Both the position numbers and the translations under genes were made by a program. Positions 57,926 to 64,000 of a DNA stretch of 64,000 nt are shown here, piece by piece (position 1 is the stretch's first letter; each line of letters starts with the position of its first letter). The notes beneath the pieces were generated by a model. The model ran no database searches, was not told the DNA's origin, and was given only the letters and a program-made list of their open reading frames with translations. The stretch spans positions 8,045-72,044 of the forward strand of contig CAADTZ010000019.1 in NCBI GenBank assembly GCA_900752015.1, read 5' to 3'. This DNA comes from an uncultured Collinsella sp. (lineage in GTDB: Bacteria; Actinomycetota; Coriobacteriia; Coriobacteriales; Coriobacteriaceae).

Positions 57926-59446
57926 GTGGCCCAAGAGACGTTTAGCGATCGCCTGCGACAGACTATGTCCGATCGCGACGTTCGCCAGTCGGACGTGATC
58001 CGCGCATCGGAGATGCTCGGCAAAAAACTCGGCAAGAGTCAGATGAGCCAATATGTGAGCGGCAAGACGACCCCGCGGCGCGATGTGGCTGAGCTGCTCG
58101 CCCGTATTTTGGAGGTCGATGTTACCTGGCTGCTTGCCGGCGACGCCGATCAAGGCGAGGCATCATCACCCCGCAACGATTCCAAGCCCGAACCCCATCC
58201 CTCAGCTCAAATTGCAAGGAGCACCACCATGCGTACTTTTTCTAAGTCCACCAAGCTCGATAACGTCCTGTATGACGTGCGCGGTCCCGTCGTCGACGAG
58301 GCCGCCCGTATGGAGGACGAGGGCGAGCGCATCCTCAAGCTCAATATCGGTAACCCGGCGCCCTTCGGTTTCCGCACGCCCGATGAGGTCATCAAGGACA
58401 TGCGCCAGCAGCTGCCCGACTGCGAAGGCTATTCCAACTCGCGTGGCCTGTTCTCCGCGCGCAAGGCGATTATGCAGTATTCGCAGATCAAGGGCCTGCC
58501 CAACGTTCAGATGGAGCATATCTACACGGGCAACGGCGTGTCCGAGCTCATTCAGCTTTCGATGAACGCGCTGCTCGACAATGGCGACGAGATTCTGATC
58601 CCCAGCCCCGACTATCCGCTCTGGACGGCGTGCGCAACCCTTGCCGGCGGTCATCCCGTACACTATCTGTGCGATGAGCAGGCGGATTGGTATCCCGACC
58701 TGGAGGATATGGAGTCCAAGATCACGAGCGCGACCAAGGCCCTCGTCATCATCAACCCCAACAACCCCACGGGTTCCGTCTATCCGCGCGAGGTGCTCGA
58801 GGGCATCGTCGAGGTTGCACGCAGGCATCAGCTGATGATCTTTGCCGATGAGATCTACGACCGCCTGTGCATGGACGGCTACGAGCACGTCTCGATTGCC
58901 TCGCTCGCCCCCGACCTGCCCTGCGTCACCTTTAGTGGCCTTTCCAAGTCGCACATGATTGCGGGCTATCGTATTGGCTGGATGGTGCTTTCGGGCAACC
59001 AGCGCTGCATGAGCGACTTCATCATGGGTATCAACATGCTCTCCAACATGCGCCTGTGCTCCAACGTGCCGGCTCAGTCGATCGTTCAGACGGCACTCGG
59101 TGGTCATCAGTCCGTTAACGACTACATCCGTCCCGGCGGCCGTGTCTACGAGCAGCGCAACTTTGTGTATGAGGCGCTCAACAAGATTGACGGCATCTCG
59201 GTGGTTAAGCCGCGCGCGGCGTTCTACATCTTCCCCAAGATGGATGTGAAGAAGTTCAACATCACCGATGACGAGCAGTTCGCCCTCGACCTGCTGCACG
59301 AGAAGAAAATCCTGATCACGCGCGGCGGCGGCTTTAACTGGGCCGAGCCCGACCACTTCCGCATCGTGTACCTGCCGCGCATGGAAGTGCTCAAAGAGTC
59401 GCTCGAAGACCTCGCCGACTTCTTCGATCATTACCGCCAGGCGTAA
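57926..59446 (+). CDS. XRE-family HTH domain fused in frame to an AlaA-type PLP-dependent alanine aminotransferase (full-length isoform)
   Basis: GTG 57926 lies 5 nt after AAGGAGG. The N-terminal ~75 aa are an HTH_XRE (TFSDRLRQTMSDRDVRQSDVIRASEMLGKKLGKSQMSQYVSGKTTPRRDVAELLARILEVDVTWLL). A ~25-aa Pro/Ser-rich linker follows, then the aminotransferase. There is no stop codon between the two parts. Confidence 0.6.
   Translation: MAQETFSDRLRQTMSDRDVRQSDVIRASEMLGKKLGKSQMSQYVSGKTTPRRDVAELLARILEVDVTWLLAGDADQGEASSPRNDSKPEPHPSAQIARSTTMRTFSKSTKLDNVLYDVRGPVVDEAARMEDEGERILKLNIGNPAPFGFRTPDEVIKDMRQQLPDCEGYSNSRGLFSARKAIMQYSQIKGLPNVQMEHIYTGNGVSELIQLSMNALLDNGDEILIPSPDYPLWTACATLAGGHPVHYLCDEQADWYPDLEDMESKITSATKALVIINPNNPTGSVYPREVLEGIVEVARRHQLMIFADEIYDRLCMDGYEHVSIASLAPDLPCVTFSGLSKSHMIAGYRIGWMVLSGNQRCMSDFIMGINMLSNMRLCSNVPAQSIVQTALGGHQSVNDYIRPGGRVYEQRNFVYEALNKIDGISVVKPRAAFYIFPKMDVKKFNITDDEQFALDLLHEKKILITRGGGFNWAEPDHFRIVYLPRMEVLKESLEDLADFFDHYRQA
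58229..59446 (+). CDS. alaA: Alanine aminotransferase (AlaA/YfbQ-type, class I PLP aminotransferase); internal start of the fusion ORF
   Basis: MRTFSKSTKLDNVLYDVRGPVVDEAARMEDEGERILKLNIGNPAPFGF...SKSHMIAGYR (PLP-Lys)...NPNNPTG is collinear with E. coli AlaA along its whole length. A second strong RBS, CAAGGAG, lies 8 nt before ATG 58229. Confidence 0.8.
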   Translation: MRTFSKSTKLDNVLYDVRGPVVDEAARMEDEGERILKLNIGNPAPFGFRTPDEVIKDMRQQLPDCEGYSNSRGLFSARKAIMQYSQIKGLPNVQMEHIYTGNGVSELIQLSMNALLDNGDEILIPSPDYPLWTACATLAGGHPVHYLCDEQADWYPDLEDMESKITSATKALVIINPNNPTGSVYPREVLEGIVEVARRHQLMIFADEIYDRLCMDGYEHVSIASLAPDLPCVTFSGLSKSHMIAGYRIGWMVLSGNQRCMSDFIMGINMLSNMRLCSNVPAQSIVQTALGGHQSVNDYIRPGGRVYEQRNFVYEALNKIDGISVVKPRAAFYIFPKMDVKKFNITDDEQFALDLLHEKKILITRGGGFNWAEPDHFRIVYLPRMEVLKESLEDLADFFDHYRQA

Positions 59447-59467
59447 CGGCAAAGGTAGCCTGTAATG

Positions 59468-59507
59468 AAACGGTCGGCCCGCAACGGATGCGGGCCGACC
59501 GTTTTCT
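59468..59507 (+). terminator. Rho-independent terminator after alaA
   Basis: AAACGGTCGGCCCGCA-ACGGA-TGCGGGCCGACCGTTTTCTG. Confidence 0.8.
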
Positions 59508-59672
59508 GTCTAAGCCCGTGCTGTTAGCACTTGTCTCGTTGAGCGGGCGAGGTTCGCGTGTGAGCGGTAAGTTCTATTCCAAAATGGAATACAGTGGGCT
59601 TAAGCTGGAATTGATGTCCGGGTACCTGCTTTTCTAGAATGTTTTCAACAAGATGAAAGGCGGTTCCAACCA

Positions 59673-60707
59673 ATGATTATCGATGCAAATTCCTACTGGT
59701 TCGACGAGCACATCTTTCATGACGAGACGCTCTGCGAACAGTTTTTGGCCGAGGTACCCCGCGCCTATGACACCGAAGGCTATCTGACCATGAATTCCGC
59801 CGGCAAACGACAGATCGTGATCGAGATGCCCGCCGGTTCTCCGGGTCTTAACTACATTGAGGGCGACTACACCCTCGAGAAGCGCTTGGCCGATATGGAT
59901 GAGGCGGGGGTCGACAAGGCGATCCTCAAGCTCCCCGGCTGCCACGAGTGGATGTCGCTCGAGATGTGCCGGCGTTTCAACGACGGTATGGCTGCTGACG
60001 CGAAGGCGTCAAATGGCCGTCTGATTCCGCTTGTCGCCGTGCCGCCCTTTGGCACCAAAGCGAATTTGGAGGAGCTCGACCGCAGGCTCGACGATGGTTT
60101 TGCGGGCGTGCAGCTCTGCGCTCACTACGGCAAGCGCTATCTCGACGACCAGGTCTTCTCGAGCTTTTTCGAGCACCTGAACGAACGCCATGTCACCGTT
60201 TACGTGCACCATGTTCCCGTGCCGGTCGAGAACGAGTCGCTTCTCGCGTACGACAACCTTCGCCGCTCTTATGGCCGCTGCGTCGACCAAACTACGGCGA
60301 TCGGCCGAGAGATCTTTGGTGATTTCTTTGAGCGCTATCCCAATATCAAGATGGTCCACTCCATGCTCGGCGGCGCATACTTTGCGTTCAAGGAGATGCT
60401 GCTGCCTCATGGTCCCAAGCGCCCTGATGCTTCTGGCCGTTTTCAGGTCGATACCGAGACCGTTTCCAGGCACCTCGAGAACAACATCTATTTCGACATG
60501 TCCCATGCCCAGCCTTGGGGCAAGACACTCCTCGCCTGCGCGGTTGACGTGCTGGGTGCAGACCATATTGTTTTTGGCACGAGCTATCCCGTCAAACGCG
60601 AGTGGCTCACCGAGGGTGTCGCCTGCGTTCGCGCTGCAAATCTGAGCGATACAGACAGCGACCTTGTGCTTGGCGGTACGGCGCAGCAACTGTACGGTGT
60701 CGAGTGA
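59673..60707 (+). CDS. Amidohydrolase-2 family (TIM-barrel metal-dependent hydrolase, ACMSD-like)
   Basis: 344 aa. Conserved His/Asp ligands are in an amidohydro_2-like arrangement (HHVPVP..., MVHSMLGGAY, DHIVFGTSYP). A palindrome TATTCCA-AAA-TGGAATA lies about 85 bp upstream. Confidence 0.7.
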   Translation: MIIDANSYWFDEHIFHDETLCEQFLAEVPRAYDTEGYLTMNSAGKRQIVIEMPAGSPGLNYIEGDYTLEKRLADMDEAGVDKAILKLPGCHEWMSLEMCRRFNDGMAADAKASNGRLIPLVAVPPFGTKANLEELDRRLDDGFAGVQLCAHYGKRYLDDQVFSSFFEHLNERHVTVYVHHVPVPVENESLLAYDNLRRSYGRCVDQTTAIGREIFGDFFERYPNIKMVHSMLGGAYFAFKEMLLPHGPKRPDASGRFQVDTETVSRHLENNIYFDMSHAQPWGKTLLACAVDVLGADHIVFGTSYPVKREWLTEGVACVRAANLSDTDSDLVLGGTAQQLYGVE

Positions 60708-60733
60708 GCGGCAATCAGAGGGGAGTATCTGCC

Positions 60734-61981
60734 ATGGGCGAAGGAGAGATGAGGGCTGGGGCCGCTCGTGTGGCCATCGATCTTGGGAACGTGTTGCCGT
60801 TCGACGGTTTCGACGAACTCCGTCATGAGGTCTTCGCCCGTGCCCTTATCATCGAGGGGACGGGGCGACGCGCCTGCGTCCTTTCGCTTGAGGTCACCTC
60901 GATCGCTCCGGCTCTACTCGCCGATCTGCGTGAGGTTGTTGAGGATGCCGCCAATTGCAGCGGTGCTTATTCTTGGGTGGTTCCTACCCACACGTTTTCC
61001 ATGCCTCACGTCCGCACTTCCGGGCATCTTGCCGACGATGCTACCCGCAATTGCAACGAGCGCTATCGCGCAGCGCTCGTCGCTGCCGCCCGCACGGCTG
61101 TCGAGCGCGCTGTTGCGGGCATTCACTCTGCCACGCTCGCCACTGTGGAGGGCGAATGCCCCGTGAACGTTAATCGCGACATTGAGACGCCTGCCGGCTG
61201 GTGGTTGGGCTCGAATCCCAGGGGGTTTGCCGACCACACGATGCCCGTACTCGCCATAAGGGATGCCGGGGGCGAGTATGTTGCCGTGCTCGCGACGGCG
61301 GACGTTCAGTCCTCCGTGCTCGACGGGTCGCGCGACTCCGAGGGGAGGCGCATGGCGAGCGGAGACCTCTTTGGTTTTGCCGCCATGTCACTCGAGCGCG
61401 AGCTGGGCGGCGTTGCCCTGTTGCTGCCAGGCGCCGCGGGCGACCAAGGTCCGGCGGAGCGCGCCATGAACGTCATGTTCGATGCGGCCGGCGTTAAGCA
61501 GACGGTCGATGCCCATGAGGACGGATACCGCATGCTGCACCAGCAGGGGCAGGCCTTGGGCAATGCTTTGATCGAAGCCGCTCGCATGGCGCGTGAGGAT
61601 GACGCTACCGGCATTGATGCCCGCACGGTCGACGTTCTCCTGCCCGCTCAGACACGCGCCGATTTTCACTCTTTGGCTCCGCACCGAACGTATGAGTTTC
61701 ATGCCGCTGGCGAGCAGCGCACGAGGGTCTATCTGCTCCGGCTGGGAAACGTCGAGCTTGTCGGCGTACAACCCGAGGTCTCGAGTGCATTCGGCGCCAC
61801 TGTGCGCGCCGCCCGGTCCGGCTCTGTGTTCTTTGCCACGCTCGTCAACGGCGGACAGAAGTACCTACCGGCTCCCGACGCGTACGAAAAAATCACCTAT
61901 GAGGCTATGAACTCCGGTTTTGCCGCCGGATCCCATGAGCGCCTCGTCGAAATCATCATTGCCGCCTTGAATGCGGCGTGA
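60734..61981 (+). CDS. Neutral/alkaline ceramidase-like N-terminal-domain hydrolase (paralog 1)
   Basis: N-terminus GAARVAIDLGNVLPFDGF...VFARALIIE...VVPTHTFSMPH follows the Ceramidase_alk pattern G.A..DITP..GY...G.HD.L.ARAL...ATHTHS.P. 415 aa, shorter than eukaryotic ceramidases. ATG at 60734 with an upstream GAGGGGAG. Confidence 0.5.
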   Translation: MGEGEMRAGAARVAIDLGNVLPFDGFDELRHEVFARALIIEGTGRRACVLSLEVTSIAPALLADLREVVEDAANCSGAYSWVVPTHTFSMPHVRTSGHLADDATRNCNERYRAALVAAARTAVERAVAGIHSATLATVEGECPVNVNRDIETPAGWWLGSNPRGFADHTMPVLAIRDAGGEYVAVLATADVQSSVLDGSRDSEGRRMASGDLFGFAAMSLERELGGVALLLPGAAGDQGPAERAMNVMFDAAGVKQTVDAHEDGYRMLHQQGQALGNALIEAARMAREDDATGIDARTVDVLLPAQTRADFHSLAPHRTYEFHAAGEQRTRVYLLRLGNVELVGVQPEVSSAFGATVRAARSGSVFFATLVNGGQKYLPAPDAYEKITYEAMNSGFAAGSHERLVEIIIAALNAA

Positions 61982-61999
61982 CACAGAAGGAGAACGTGC

Positions 62000-63118
62000 A
62001 TGAACATTGGACACGCGCGCCGCAAAATTACCCCACAGGGCGACATCTACCTGATTGGCTACCGCAATCTTCCCAACCGTCTTGAACCTGCGACGGGCGT
62101 CCATGATGACGTCTTCGCCAACGCCATCCTCTTCCAGCAAGGCGAACGTGAAGTGTTTCTTTTTAATGCCGATGTCCTCGAGTTCGAGGAAAGCATGGCC
62201 GAGGAAGTCAAGACAATGCTCGCCGAGCGCTATGGAATCGACCGTGACTGCGTTTTGCTCTCGGCGACGCACGACCATACTTCAATCGTCGCTTACCACC
62301 GCAGCTGGTGGACGGGAAAATTCGACGAGAACTACTACCGCTGGTTCCTCGATACCATTTGCCAATGCTTTGAGGAGTGCCGCGCCAACGCACAGCCCGC
62401 GATTTGTCGCTTGGGCAAGCAGGTCATCACCGGTTTCTACGACAACCGCATCATCCCAGGTGAACTCGCCGACAATGAGGTCATTGTCGTATCGTTCTTC
62501 GATACCGAAGGCAAGCCATTTGCGGGCTTTGTGAACTGGGCGGTGCATTCCGCTTGCGTCGGACCCGACTGCACGGAGCTCACGAGCGAACTCGCCGGTC
62601 TTACCGGCAAAAAGCTCGCTCAGAGTCTTGGTTACTATCCGGCCATGGTCGTCGGTGCTGCTGGCGACTGTAGCGACCGCAATTTTCGCCAGGGACGCGG
62701 CATTCCCGAGGTCGAGCGCGTTTCGACCGGTCTTGCCGAGGCGATTTCCCAGATCAAGCTCGATCGCGAGGTCGTTCTCGACCGCATCGAGCCTCAGACG
62801 TTCTATCACACCGTTGCCCATGACGACTTTTCGCTCACGCTTAAGTGTGCCGTCATCAGTTTGGGCGGCCTGCATCTCTTTGTGTTCCCGAGTGAGCTCG
62901 GCAGCGACTTGGGTATTCGCATGAAGCGCGAATGCCCGGTCGAGGGAATAGTTTGTGGTTACACCAACGGCTATTTCGAGTATTTCCTTCCGGCACGCGA
63001 GTACGGCCTCTCCTTTGAGACCGAGCGTACTCAGATTCCCCAGGGCGAACCGGAACGTCTGTGTGACAAGTTCTGCCAGACGACGAGACTTCTCGGCGCA
63101 GCAGATTCGCGTTTGTAG
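62000..63118 (+). CDS. Neutral/alkaline ceramidase-like hydrolase (paralog 2)
   Basis: GHARRKITPQGDIYLIGYRNLPNRLEPATGVHDDVFANAILFQ...LSATHDHTSIV is the same family as the upstream gene. RBS GAAGGAGAA lies before ATG 62000. Confidence 0.5.
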   Translation: MNIGHARRKITPQGDIYLIGYRNLPNRLEPATGVHDDVFANAILFQQGEREVFLFNADVLEFEESMAEEVKTMLAERYGIDRDCVLLSATHDHTSIVAYHRSWWTGKFDENYYRWFLDTICQCFEECRANAQPAICRLGKQVITGFYDNRIIPGELADNEVIVVSFFDTEGKPFAGFVNWAVHSACVGPDCTELTSELAGLTGKKLAQSLGYYPAMVVGAAGDCSDRNFRQGRGIPEVERVSTGLAEAISQIKLDREVVLDRIEPQTFYHTVAHDDFSLTLKCAVISLGGLHLFVFPSELGSDLGIRMKRECPVEGIVCGYTNGYFEYFLPAREYGLSFETERTQIPQGEPERLCDKFCQTTRLLGAADSRL

Positions 63119-63310
63119 ACCTGATTGCGTGACATGGGCCAATGAGGCTCGCCGCCATGTGATCGGCATCTTCCATCTTCTCTGCCGTTTCGCATCCCGG
63201 GCGTACGTGCGTCCGCGGATTTCAAAGGGGGAAGCGGGTTCCTTGCCCTCCCACGTCGACTACGGAGGCATGAAATCGATGCTATACCCCGCTCAGAAAA
63301 AGGAGAATTC

Positions 63311-64000
63311 CATGAAATACCAGAAGCTTTGCGATGAAATCATCACAAAGGTCGGTGGTCGAGACAATGTGTTAGACGTGAGCCACTGCATTACGCGTCT
63401 CCGCTTCCACCTCAAGGATGAATCGCTTGCCCAGACCAATGAGCTTAAGGCGACGAAGGGCGTCGTTGACGTCATCCAGGCCGGCGGACAGTATCAGGTC
63501 GTGATTGGTGCCACTGTCGAGGCCGTCTACAACGACCTTGTTCAGATTGGCGGGTTCGACTCCAAACCCGCACTCGATATCGATGAAGGCGACGACGTCA
63601 AAAAGGGCGATCCATTCTCGCGTCTGCTGGCCATCATCTCCGAGATTCTGCAACCGGTTCTTGGCGTGCTTATGGCCGGTGGCTTTATCAAGTCGATGCT
63701 CGCGCTCTGCACGGTTGCCGGTTGGCTTGCCAAGGACAGCAATACGTATGTGACGCTCTCGGCAATCGGAGATTCGGTCTTCTATTACTTTCCGCTAATC
63801 ATTGGCTGGACGTCGGCCAAGAAGTTCGGACTTAAGCCCGTTATGGGAATGGCGCTCGGCGGTATCCTCGTCTACCCGACGCTCGTTGCCCTTATGGGCG
63901 GAGATCCGCTCTACACGCTCGGCGCCGGCACGGTCTTCGAGTCCAATGTCTACGGTGATATTTTTGGCATCCCGCTGATCATGCAGAATTACTCATCGAC
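63311..64000 (+). CDS. PTS system EIIB-EIIC component, beta-glucoside (Glc/Bgl) family (3' partial; continues past the window end)
   Basis: Translation from ATG 63311 gives MKYQKLCDEIITKVGGRDNVLDVSHCITRLRFHLKD (EIIB with the phospho-Cys in CITRLR), followed by EIIC TM helices (LLAIISEILQPVLGVLMAGGFIKS...). RBS AAAGGAGAA. Absent from the ORF track because no stop falls inside the window. Confidence 0.75.

Noticed and set aside
63119-63310. BglG/LicT-type RAT antiterminator element upstream of the PTS beta-glucoside gene.
   Set aside because: A GGGGGAAGCGGG...TTGCCCTCCC region could form only imperfect stems and does not match the RAT consensus convincingly. No BglG/LicT gene is visible in the window. 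Left unannotated.

Overview
This is a high-GC (about 60-65% by eye) actinobacterial-type chromosomal segment. Its gene content (bile-salt hydrolase, Kup potassium transporter, PTS beta-glucoside transporter, many DMT/MATE exporters) suggests a gut Coriobacteriia-like organism such as Collinsella or Olsenella, but that is inference only. By eye I found no rRNA genes, tRNA genes, CRISPR arrays, transposases or integrases.

I call about 60 protein-coding genes.
- Housekeeping genes: dus, tsaA, prfC, ung, rlmA, rsmJ, trmL, thiM-ykoF-thiE with a clear TPP riboswitch, a MetE-like methionine synthase, a peptide-deformylase-like gene, and a NCS2 purine permease.
- Sensing and regulation: two paralogous hybrid histidine kinases that use SBP_bac_3 sensor domains (one split from its SBP, one BvgS-like fused), a GGDEF protein, and several LysR, GntR and XRE regulators.
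- Transport and metabolism: multiple transporters, a choloylglycine (bile salt) hydrolase, and an amidohydrolase plus two ceramidase-like genes next to a PTS gene.
- A TetM/TetO-like translational GTPase next to a class-II UvrA paralog that is flanked by two ORC-like ATPase/wHTH paralogs.

The most notable non-standard signals are:
1. An XRE-type HTH domain fused in frame to an AlaA-type alanine aminotransferase. It has two independent ribosome-binding sites and three AAATTGAAC operator-like sites in its promoter.
2. The TetM-like / ORC-like ATPase / UvrA-class-II / ORC-like ATPase block, bracketed by members of a conserved hairpin family.
3. Two short intergenic repeat families: a nested palindrome built on GGGGACGTTCTT...AAGAACGTCCCC around a GACTAGTC core (3 copies), and a hairpin family with an invariant AAAGGGACAG core (5 copies).
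4. A candidate preQ1-type riboswitch in front of the yhhQ-family queuosine-precursor transporter.
5. A peptide-deformylase paralog with the catalytic Glu replaced by Met.

Many long antisense ORFs in the six-frame track are artefacts of high GC and were rejected. Coordinates of intergenic features read off the sequence may be off by 1-2 nt.
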